NCBI GenBank assembly: GCA_043228905.1
Contig: JBHGNT010000009.1
Location: 2,852,001-2,916,000, forward strand
Length of the DNA: 64,000 nucleotides
Direction: 5' to 3'
From: Azolla caroliniana
Lineage: Eukaryota > Plantae > Polypodiophyta
This document shows positions 24,817 through 36,882 of the stretch, piece after piece; position 1 is the stretch's first letter, and each line of letters opens with the position of its first letter. The notes under the pieces are model-generated. The model searched no databases. It was not told the origin of the DNA and worked only from the letters and a program-made list of their open reading frames with translations. The position numbers were made by a program, and so were the translations under genes.

Positions 24817-26580
24817 AGTAACAACGACATTCTTTTTTTTTTTTTTTTTAAAGATACACCTTAGTAAATTACTTGAGAAATGTACATATAGAAAACAGAG
24901 GGAGACATTTCATCTCACCTCTATTGTAATACAAAACCTAATACCAACATCTGATGATACAGATGATATCACAATAGGAACAAATGGAACACCATCTACA
25001 AGCTATGCAATAAAAAAGGAGGAATGGAATAATTCCACTTCATACCAGGAGACGTATCTGAAAATAAGTGAAGCCCTCGCCACCGTTTCTTAAAGTCCAC
25101 TTGACGTTGCCCTTGAGCATCAGTTGTACCCTGCAAATCATCATATTGTCCACGTATGGTGTGGACAAATAACCACCAGAATTCAATAAGCATATTATTG
25201 AGATGTATGTGAGCATTATTAAAAACAGCATCGCATCTCGTTTTCCATATTGTCCACAGCGCTAGTGACGTAACAGTACGCCAAATAACCAGATTTTCAG
25301 TTCTAAACCGAGGAATAACAGATGGAAATGAAGTGAGATAGATGTACCCATTGGAAAAGTAAAAAACATGAGAAGCATGCATACGTTCGTAATTCATAAC
25401 ATCTCCATGAAGGACACCCCATAATACTGCACCCCACGAGAAAGTAGAACGAGCATAGTGGTTTCTTAGTAATAAAAACAACTTACTCCAGAATTGCTTG
25501 ATTTTGGGACACATCCAAAACAAATGCAAAATAGATTCCGTAGATTCACCACAATGCATTCCACAAGCATATTGCTGATTTTGCCTCAACCAATCACCAA
25601 CAGGAAGAGCATAATGTATCAACAACCAACGAAAACAAATAACTTTTTTCGGCAACTGCATACTCCACAACCATTTCCAAAATTTTGTAAGTTGTAGTTC
25701 ATTCACATTATTTGCAATCCAATGCTTCATGGCAGCTGGGCATTTATACTTTGATTGCAATAATAAATTTCTACCTAACTTAACTGAATACTGAAAGAAC
25801 TCTAAGTGTTTACCATTTCCATTAGCATTCGGTTTTTTCCATTGATAATCAGCTGGATCCCAATCCAAATTATAAAGCGGCTTTTTTTGAAAAACCCACA
25901 ACGAACAACACCGTAAGCATTCTTGAAATGGTGGATCCAAGAGCCATTTTTTCCCCGATCTTGCAACTACTCGAATCGCTGAAACATTGGCGGATATCCA
26001 CACATCTGATTCAGAAAATACATGCCACAACCTACCATCATCATCCACATTAAAGTATATTACATCACCCATAGTGTTAGTTACTTTAGCTCCTAAAATC
26101 ACTTTTAGAGGAGAGAAATAACCAAACCAAATCTGATTGCTATAGGGGGACCATGAAGCCATAAATTGTCCCAATGCCACTTGCATATTATCGCACATAA
26201 TAGCACTTCCTCGAACTGAAGGCCTCGACAAAGGTTGTAACTGTTTATTCATAACATAGCATCCCCATGCTTGAACATTACCTGCTATTGATGCATCCAT
26301 AGAAGCCCAATTCAACCGAGGACGGCTACCAAGCAAAAAACCCCTTGAATCTGAAAAGAGAAAGTTCCAGATCAAGGGTTGTCTCAACAAGTCATCCGTT
26401 GTCGAAGGTACCTTCCGAATTAGAAACTTTTTGACAGCTGACCAACTTGTGAGAATTCCATTAAAAAACCTATCTTCTAATAAGGTTGTTTTAAACAAAT
26501 GAAAATTCTGAATAAAACCCCATCTTAAAGATGGTTGCCACTTTCCTCCTATTGATGGGCAAAGTAACAACGACATTCTT
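24817..26580 (-). mobile_element. 5'-truncated LINE with an uninterrupted 526-aa ORF2 C-terminal fragment (zf-RVT)
   Basis: 18-bp TSD AGTAACAACGACATTCTT at 24817-24834 and 26563-26580. T-run at 24833-24849 is the minus-strand poly(A). ORF 24996-26576 has FWKWLWSMQLPKKV..F.WLL, CGMHCGESTESILHLFWMC and LWTIWKTRCDAVFN. Confidence 0.92.
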
Positions 26581-28106
26581 GCGTAGTTAAAGCTTAATTA
26601 ATGCCTAATATAGCATATTATTTATTAGCTTTACTCTTTAAGGAAAATGTTATTGTTTTCACTCTTAGCACAGTGGAAAAAATATGTTAATGTCGATGTC
26701 GTAAAACATTTTTTATTTAGTTAGCAACAATCGATATGAAATTCTCTCGTGTGCAAAATCAAGTTCGGAATATGTAGTGATGCATACCGATTCGAGACGC
26801 AAAAGCATACACAATAATAAATGTTAATGACAAGCCATGTAAGAACAAGAAATGCTATGAATAAAATCGTAGATTCCAATTATCATCCCTCACTTTCTTA
26901 GAACCCAACTAGCTATCAAAATTGTAGAAAAAACATCATCCATATAACTTGCTGGTTTTGTCCTATCCATGGACTAATTGTTGATGGGTTGAATGAAGTA
27001 TTTGGCAAACATTTGTAATACTCGTTATGAACACCACAACACGTCATGCCCGTAAAAAAAAAAGCCTTGCACATGTGCTTTTCAATTGAGAAATAGAGGA
27101 GGGTCAACGTGTCCCACCATGACTTTTAGACCCCCAAGCCACCCAACACCTTACATCCTCCTCCTCTCATAGCTTCATCATTATGGATTCATGCGAGATA
27201 AAGCTTACGAACAATATTTTCAAGAAACAAATATATATGAATTTCATAGAGAATAAGTTTATTGACAATTGATTGTATAAGTAGTTTCCTGCGAAAAAAT
27301 GCATTAAAAGGTTGACATATTAAAAGGCATTATGTTTTGCATAATCTTTTCAAAGTTAAAAGTCAAAACTTATTATCATTGTTTTCTGAAAGTACCGTAA
27401 AATCAAGGAACTGATTTATCAATATCAGATGCTTTCAAGGTTCGATGCTTTTAAGGTGGTATTTCCGAACAAAATGAATTAATAATCAACCAAATGATCA
27501 TATGTGTGCAAGTGAGATAGTTGCATGAACTTGTCCCAAACTGTGCACATTTTTAAATGGAAATTATCATACTCTTGATGAAACAAAATTGTTGAAGATT
27601 TCAAACACTTTCTCATAAACGATGTGAAAGTGAGCTTTTCCTTTATTTGATTGTATGGTTCATCATCATCATTTTAATTGTAAGTTTGATGTATATAAAA
27701 TTCACACGCATATGACGTAAGCTTGCAGTTGGAATATGGACATATAAGCAATGTCATTAAATGCCTAATTTGTCAATATATGCACCCAAAGGTTATTTCT
27801 GCCCGATGTCACAATATCATATTGCAACCATTGTATATCATGATGAATAACATCATCAATATATTTAATATTAACAAAGCAAAACATTTAGAGCCTCCAC
27901 TACATGCAATACAATTTGTCCAATTTATATAATTTTTGTTAAGAGTACGAACCAACCGAACTATAGAATTTATAAGAGTTTTCTTTCCTTGAACTATGTA
28001 TAAAGACACCAACTTTGATTTGTTCTAAAACGATGATTATTAGTTTGATGATTAATCTTATGTAAGAATTGAAAACTGATTAGATAATGTTTTACACTTT
28101 GGGTAC

Positions 28107-28598
28107 AAAACAATAAGCAACATGCAGAGACATGATAAAAATAAATTGATACATTTGAATCCACAAATAGAGACTAATAAACCTCAAACATGGCAATTGG
28201 TAAGTAGTATCACAATTTGGTATATTTGGAAGGCTCGAATTTTGAAGGTATTTCTAATTGTGATTGAAAGACCGGCCCAAATAAATTATGGGATTTGGAC
28301 AAAGAAAGTGCATAATGACAGAGCTTTGTTGGATAGTATAAAAGGTAAGACACAACAAGCGGAGCTTAAGCGATTGGAGTTTCATGCCATCTGGGATATA
28401 CCTATATTTTATAGGCAGCTTTTTGATAAGGTGGTCTGGTGGAGTGGTTTTACTGTGCACCAAAGTATTTATTTAAGCAAATGGTTAGAATTTAGAAAAA
28501 AGGAGATTTGTGGCATAACTTGTATGTATAACCTTATGACATTTTCTAATACTAATGTAGTATCTTTTTTTGGAAAAAAAAAAACAAGAAGCAACATG
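28107..28598 (+). mobile_element. Short 5'-truncated LINE 3' end
   Basis: TSD AAAACAA(T/G)AAGCAACATG at 28107-28124 and 28581-28598 (1 mismatch). IWYIWKARILKVF is the LINE ORF2 terminal motif. Ends TTTTGG plus an A-run. Confidence 0.8.
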
Positions 28599-28741
28599 AT
28601 TGTGATTTTTTTCTCTCTTTCAATATATTGCCCTAATATGCATGGTTGTGTAATTTGTGACATGAAAAGAAACTAGCAAATATGATGAAAGCTAGATAAT
28701 TGAAGTGTGTACTCAAAGTATATTTTGATTTCACGATAGTG

Positions 28742-29715
28742 TTTTTTTTTTTTTTTCCAAAAAAAATACTGCTTCGCATTAGTTAGTAAACAAAATTACA
28801 TCATAGAACTCTCAAAATTCCTCTCAACAGCCCTCACTCTGGCCTTCCCACCAAAGCGGACATAGTCCCCACCTCATTTTCAACAAACGTATCCAAACAA
28901 CTCCAATAACCTAGTTATTTGTACCATAACTATACAAATTTACAACACCTAGACACTGTTGGAAACTATTGGGGGAAACAGCCATCGAGGTGCTTGGTAG
29001 TGCCATTGAGGCCCTGATGATGATCTGCCGACCATAGGAGAATTACCCCATTTCAGCAAGAACTTTGATCGAGATCTTTCAGCTACATCAGATTCCCCCT
29101 TAATCGAGTCGTATCGTCCCCGCAGCCAAGAGACCAACTCAAACTAGATATTTATTAATACCTCACCACTAGGGATTTTTTGTTGTTGAAAAACAAACTT
29201 ACAACGGTTAGTCCAAATGTGCCAGACCGATAAACAAGCCACCATCCTCCATATCTCTTCAAAAAGTTCTGAGTTAGTGCCAGGTCGAACTCCAGCCCGT
29301 TGAAACACCTTGCCACCCTGCACTATAAATCCATGTCCGTGAGGGTTTAACTGTTCAGCCCAACCTTCCCCTGTTAACTTCAGCCCCTGTACGGACCCCC
29401 ATACAACTCTCCCATTCACACCGCATGATGCCACTATCCGGACACTTCTACCCCAAATGTTAATAGCCTCGTTACAATTCCAAAAACAATGAGGAATTGA
29501 TTCCAAAGGGTGACCACAAATTTTGCATCCAGCCTCACCACCACGACACCTAAGCCACTCCCCCACTGGTACAGCTTTGTGACTAAGAAGCCACAACCAA
29601 AGCTTTATTTTTTCTGGCATATCGAACGCCCATAGCCTCCTCCAAAACGACTTCAACCAGCCATCAGAAATGCCTTTATCCTTCCAGCTATTGCGAGTTA
29701 GGGCAACACCCATCG
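28742..29715 (-). mobile_element. 5'-truncated LINE 3' end (zf-RVT) with one in-frame stop
   Basis: ORFs 29144-29713 and 28949-29137 are in the same frame, separated by a single TAG (likely from TGG). Motifs CKICGHPLESIPHCFWNC, VWHIWTNRCKFVF and RWLFPP. Poly(T) at 28742-28756. No convincing TSD found. Confidence 0.85.
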
Positions 29716-32700
29716 ATTGTTAGTATTTGTAAGTGACAAATGGAACACAATCATCCTCAATCAACAATATAACCAAAACAAAGGCAAATAAGTCAATTAA
29801 CCACTTTAATTGTATCTTAATGTCATTAAAAGGCACAAAACAACAAAGCTAAATTTGTACATTTGCACACCATATAATTTTCTTTTGGAAACTGAGATGC
29901 CATTTCCACAATTTTAACTTGTCTTCCTTGTTTTACAAATCCAAATATATCATGACATCACAAAAGTGCACAATTCCATTAAATATGAGTAAGCAGATCG
30001 TTTAACGTTGCCATTTTCAAGGCCAACATGAACTTGACTCGTTGAGACTATCCATAAACTTGTATTGCAAACCATGTCATGGCTAGATATTTCATATTTT
30101 GGAATTTGTATCAATTGATCTATGATGTTGTAAGAAATATTATGTTAAAAACAATACTCTTCTCTTGTTCCTACTGTACTGTAGCAAAATTGTAAGGATG
30201 GGGAGTTCCTGATATCGTGATGTTAATAATCTTCTAATTCGCAACATCAAAAGAAAGATACGTTTGCGATGAGTATTGGCAACTTCTTGTAAAGAGTAGA
30301 AGGCAATTATCCTTTTTTCAATAACATTTGGCGTATTTTGGTGGATTTATTCATTGTTGTTTGCACCTCGATTTGCTCCACGTTCTTGTCCTGTAAGATG
30401 ATGTTTGAGGAAGAAGAGCATATTGTTTTACCTGTTCTCAAGATTGATTCCAAATGGTTTGATGATTGTGAGAAGATTCCAACAAAAACAAAGACGATGA
30501 TCAATGCCACAATTCAATTTGTCGTTTTCTTGTAGCATTTATTCAATAACACAGTGGTCGTCTTTACATTGAAGTTAGTGAAAGTGGAAAGATCATCGAC
30601 AAACCCATGTATTTGAATGTCACTTCAATGATATTGACATTACAAACATTGTCTATTTAGGTTTTTTTAAAAAGAAATTGACCTTGGGCCTTTTAAGAAA
30701 TTAGAATATTCCAAAATGATCCTATCTCACCCTATTGGGAGGAGGCTTTTTTGTAGGTGAACTTTTGGATTTGTGTTTTAGAGAAAACGCCACGACTCGC
30801 GCACCACAAATCGATTTGATCTTTTCTTAGTGTTCCAAAGCCTTATGTCTCTTATCTTTTACTTTTCTAAAGGTAGTGCTCGTGTCACGTGTTACTAGCT
30901 TTCCGTTTTTGCCAATAAAATTCAGCCACCATCAAGAAAGAAAATTTCATCGGAAAGCAACACACTCTTTATACACAACAAGACAATAATGTATCAATAG
31001 TTAACAGATGTAGTTGTTTTTTGATGAAAAAAGCCACTATGAAGACTAATCGAAAGTTGTTCTAATAAGAGAAAGTTGAAACAATTATTTTTACATGTCC
31101 AATCTAGCATGTTTGAGTTTTCCTATCTCTAAAAGCGACCTTACTTGTCTCTATCAAACAAGCTTATCTAGTTCTTCATGAGAACAATTGCGGACTTTAC
31201 ACTTGCCATTGTCTCCAAGGAATCCCATAGAAAATAAATCATTCCTTTCTCACGCACAAGGTAGAAATATTGCCTTTACTAATAGGCCCATTCGAAAATT
31301 ATTGATCATCAATACAATGTACAAATGTAATGGTGCAATTTATAAGTAGTGGCGAATTATAACATTTATTTATTGAACTAAGTATAAAGTTGTTGGTCTA
31401 ATTATGGTCAATTCGTATGGCCTTACGTATTCCTTTTCCATAACCTAGAACGTCTACTCATGAAAGAGAGTGGTGATAGTTAAATTCAATTAAACATGTG
31501 AAAGTTCAAACTTGTTTCTTAGCATTGTGTTTCAAAGGAATTAATGCTATCGTTTTCACTTGTTTTATTGTTGAAAACTTGACAATATCAACATTGTAAA
31601 GGATTTTTTTTCATAGCACAGTGTCAACTGAAACTTATAAAGTAACTTTAAGAACAACAACAACATCATCCTCAATGTTTCAACAACAAAGTACAAGGTT
31701 TACCACCACATGCACTATCATGGTTATGTATCTCAAATTTAGGAATCTAGTAATGCAATCTTCTGATGCCAAAAGTGTATATTTATTATAGGCACAAATT
31801 TCACATTGTGTTGTAGCGCACTGCCGCACAATGTATGTTGATCAAGGATTTTGTTTGTTTAATTGGTTTGGGGTTAAAAGTGATGAAAGACGATTTGATA
31901 AACAAAATAGAGAACTTGACATGTGTAATCATTCAAGGTGTATGTAGATGGGAACTACTTCATTGGAAAGAAATAATATTGTGCCTCCAATAAGAAAAGC
32001 AATTCACTCATATATCAAGTACACTATATTGAGTCTAATATGGGCATTCTATACTATAGATCGTCCCATAGGCCACATATAATGTTTATGTCAATGCAAG
32101 TTTTTGCGCAATCACCCATCTTGGGTACCTTGTGATTTCTTAACTTATTGTGCTTGTAATGCAAATGTATAAATGCCTATTTTGCCAAGGTTTTCTCTTT
32201 GTAATTCAGATTTGTTAGAGATGTACAAAAAATTATCATAAATTATAAAGAAAAGAGCTTGTATTTAGAATGGTTGGTGTTCTAGAAATTTATGTGACTT
32301 TTCTTGCACGACACGAATATGAAATTGTAAAAATTAGTTTTTTTGACTAGTATACATAACTACACTTCTACATACAAATAAGACCATTGACCTTCTTTCA
32401 ATCGAAATATCTCATACCTACAAAACTTAACGGTAGGCATAACAAAAACATGCATAACATACTTATTAATGAGCTTAAAGGACACCACTTTCAAAGTTCT
32501 ATACAAACTTTTATGATGTAGCTATTGGAAATGGTATATAACTTGGAGATTGTGAAGATAAAACGTGCTTGTTCTAATTTAGGATAGTTTATGGTTGTCA
32601 AAAATATAGTTGTCCATAGTGAAGATGTATAGAGGTTTTTATTGTTTAGTACACTATTTGCTCACACGTGAGAGGTAGTTCTTATTTTATTAGATATTCA

Positions 32701-35201
32701 TATTTGTGGTATATAAACAGTATATTAATTGCTAAAACATAGGATGAAACCATTACATTTATGCATTTATCTAAATCTATAGGTTGAATGTTCCATTATG
32801 ATGTAAAAAGCATCCCTAGATTGGACTAAATGCTTCCAAATGATTTTCCACATCCCTAGGGTCGGAAAAATTTAGTATTGCCATATAGGAAATGCAATGG
32901 CAACAAGGACTTGGATCACCCCTAAAAGGAAGTCTATTATTACTCTACTTAGAATGTTTTGTCAAATCAAATGTAGAAACATCCAAATGTTGCTACAGTG
33001 AGTGAAGTTTAAGACAATAGGCAATTCCCCACTTTGCCATCTCATTGATGATGCCACTATTTTTCATATGTAGAAGAAGAAGAATATCATTGTGATTTTC
33101 ACTAAAATAGCGACAAAATCTTGGTAAAAGATATTGTTTACTAATAGATTGGAATATAGTTCTAAAAAACGTACAGACACAACCATGTGATCCTTGTCTT
33201 GAAAGGCCTAAGTTATAGGCCATAATATAGTAGGTATATATGGTGGTTGATAATATCAATTGACAACTTGTTAGGAACAATGGGATATTTCACCCATCTT
33301 ACAATTAAACATTACCCATGTTATTTAAGCCAAACCATGATACCAAGTACCTAAAAAAACTAACATACATTGTAAGTATGCATTTTGTAGCATACAATAT
33401 GCATGATATATCAAAGTAGCCTAATTCTTTTACCCAAGTTGTCTTTCCCACAAGGAGAAAAAGATTTTTTGAGGTGACTTGTACAACCTATTTGCTCATG
33501 AAATTGACTAATTAGTTGGCAACGCATGTCTTTGTTGAATGAGTTTTTCCATGTAACAGTGGTTCATGGCCACCTCTTTTCTGTTCAGCTTGTCTATATA
33601 TATAATTTCTATTGCATCATTAAAGACTATGGCAGAAACAAAAGCTTTGTTTGTTTTGGACATAGTGGACCAAAAGGTAAAATGTATTTCTACATGATAC
33701 TTGTGGCATTGGCTTTACGATTGGCTAGTATGCAAGATGCCATCTTTACCTTTGCACAGGTTTCCATGGAGTTGCTCCCATGATGGATGTCGAAAATTGA
33801 AAGTGAATGGCATTGTTCTTTATTGTTGGCATCGATAAGACATAATGTTCTCATAAGTAGATATTCTTGCATTTGGTCTCGCTTTTCTATTTTCATTCTA
33901 GCACCCACATAAGGTTATGCTATCATTTATGTTCTTGTATCTTGCGTAAATGATTCCGTATTTCATTGATTTGATGGTTGAGTATGTGAAACTATTGGTT
34001 GGTAGACCTTGAACTTTGAATTCATGTTTTTGTACCATAATATCATCGAACAAGTTCCGATGTGTATATATGATGATTGAAAACTAATAAAGCTTGCACT
34101 AATGGCTACCGTGGATTTTACAAGACAACATTTGTTAAATACACCTTATAGTTTTAATAACCTTCTTTATGGATTGTGAGGTAAGGATCAACACAACAAC
34201 ATCCCTATTGAATGTTGTGAATGATCTTTAACTTCATTATGGTCAGTAGTCACGTCCATCATGTATCGAAGAGGCACTATATAACATTATGAAAGCAACA
34301 ACATAATATCCCATAAATGTTGTCATACATGTATCTTATCGACAAGGTTGTAAAACATTAATGTTACTTGACAACTATATTCTCAATTCATGTGAAGTAT
34401 TATGGATGCTTTATTTCATTTAGTGTATTCTATACGCTTCCATTAATTAGATGGTCTACAACTATTATATACCAGCATAAGAATTAAAACTATTGTAAAG
34501 ACCATATTCAAACATTAAAATTAAAACAAAGGTAAAGGTAAACATTTGATGTAAGTAAAAAAACACTCTTTGTTTAAATAAAATCATGATATGTGAAGAA
34601 AACTTTGACTACCCTAAATCCTTACCCCGACTCTCTATATTTACGTACATACAAACACATTCACACATATACATATTCACACCCACATATGATGCATTGT
34701 ATGTATGTGAAGAAACATTTTGACTTCGTCGTTGTAGCCAAGTGATGATTGCAATGCTACAATATGGCTGATTGGATTATGAGTATTAGAAATCTGATCA
34801 TAAAGGCAAGAACTTGTAAATTCTCTTGCATGCCTAGATACCTTTAGTGCGTTTGTGTTTACCCTAAGGTTGTTTACTTTAGCCTTGAGGCACTCCATAT
34901 ATTATCATAAACTTGATCCTCTGCCCATCCAATTTAATGAGTTTTTTTTTCCTACATTTGGTTTACTTGAATACATACAATCTTTGGGCTACTTGTGTGA
35001 TGCCAAGAACTAGATATTTTGTTATTGTCGATGTCTCCAAGTTAGAAGCTGTGAAAAAGGGTGGGAAGTTGATTGTCACTTCGTACGGTGTGGAATCCAA
35101 CATTTGAGTTGTGGTTCTTGCAAGCAACAAACTTCTTCAATAATATTTATTTATTTTCCTAAATTCAACATTTATAGTAGTCGATAGTATTCTTTTGGAT
35201 G

Positions 35202-35500
35202 ATAATGTGGCACATGATAATTTTTGTTGAGAAAATGATTACTTGGGCCACTCTAAGTCACAATAAGGCTACTCGTCTAAATCTTCTGTGCTATTGTTTC
35301 CTTAGAAAATGGTCAAATGAAGCTTCCTCTTGCACTTTGGGAATTAAAAATATTATAATGTGGCACATGATAATTTTTGTTGAGAAAGTGATTACTTTGG
35401 CCACTCTAAGTCACAATAAGGCTACTCGTCTAAATCTTCAATGCTCTTATTTCCTTAGAAAATGGTCAAATGAAGCTTCCTCTTGCACTTTGGCAATTAT
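35202..35500. repeat. 153-bp tandem duplication
   Basis: ATAATGTGGCACATGATAATTTTTGTTGAGAAA...CTTGCACTTTGG at 35202 and 35355, with few mismatches. Confidence 0.9.
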
Positions 35501-36882
35501 TCTCGCAAACTCATACATCTTGTCATAGATCATACTCTATCAAAACCACTATGATAGTCACCTCAATAGTGGCTGATATCATTGATCACAAAAATTGACC
35601 AATATCCATCGTCACTCGAGTCAAGCATCCTAGTTTCAAATTTAGAGGCATTAAATACCTTCAATCCTCTTGGCTTTCGGAAGCATATTCACCATTCAAT
35701 TCTCCATACAAGAGTTAGTTTTGCTATCTATCACATGCTCTTAGAGAATGAGAATTCTAGCATTTGTAAATCTTTTACTATCCCAAATTCCCTTCCTAAT
35801 TTGTGGGAGAGGTATATTTGGTCCCGAAATTTAGAGAATTGTGGGCTTGAATTCTTGTCAAAGAGACATTTAATTTGAGACCTTTTCAAGTTAAACGATT
35901 TTGTTAAATTGCAGCATCATGATAGTTCACTAAAATATCCATAAATACTTGCTAAAATGTAGCCTTGGGAAACAATACCATAGCAATGTTAAAAAGGGCT
36001 AATGTTACCTAACCTGTCAAAAAGGGCTAATGTTGTCACAATACCATAGCAATTGGTTAGAAAATTCTTGGGCACCTTATTGCGACAAAGTACTATCATT
36101 GAGCTTGTATTCCACCATATGTAAGCAAAATAATAAGAATAGTTTCTTTTAATGGCAAGGCAAATTTAAAAATTTGTGATCTACACAGACATGGAATTAA
36201 TTGAAGTCCCATGACAGGTTAAGAATGATGCTCATCTTGATTATAATGTTTGATTGTTTCTATATATTATAGATGCAAGATTAACTCCACAAACTCTTTA
36301 TCAAATTCACCCACTTCATGAATATCCACATTCATATCATTGTAAACATTCAATTTTAGTATCTGAGCTTCATCCATACCCACAAGATAATATACTCTTA
36401 GATTTGTCATGAGATACTAACATGCAAATATGTCGAATGTTCTTCAAATTATTCACATTTGTTAGCTTACTTCAACTGACACACGATGTAGCTTTTCCAC
36501 TTTGGAATGAGATTCTAACATGCAAATAGATTGAAGGTTATGATCATGATGACTGTGATAGAAGTGGTTCAACCCTTGCCCTCTAAGCCATCGATAATGG
36601 CTTTCACTCACACATGTCCAATATGCTTCCCATTACGATTTGAAAATGGTGAAAGAGTGTAGACACACATTCCTGTTGAAAAGGTTTTCAGTTAAGGAGA
36701 AAGAATACATCAGCTGAGGGGAAATTACAAGGTACTAAACGTCAATGAAAGAAAAAAGGATCAGACGTATCTTTGGAAAAGGTTTTCCATTAGAGTAAAA
36801 AATACCATATATAATCAATCTGAAGGAGAGTACGTGGGACGAGAAAAACATGAACAAACAAATTTCTAATGGTTAGCCAGGT

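Noticed and set aside
24996-26576. 526-aa ORF as a host gene
   Set aside because: It is bounded by an 18-bp TSD and poly(A), its Met lies within the TSD, and it encodes the LINE ORF2 zf-RVT tail.
35199-35528. 109-aa ORF with an internal peptide repeat
   Set aside because: Explained by a 153-bp (multiple of 3) tandem duplication; no recognisable domain.
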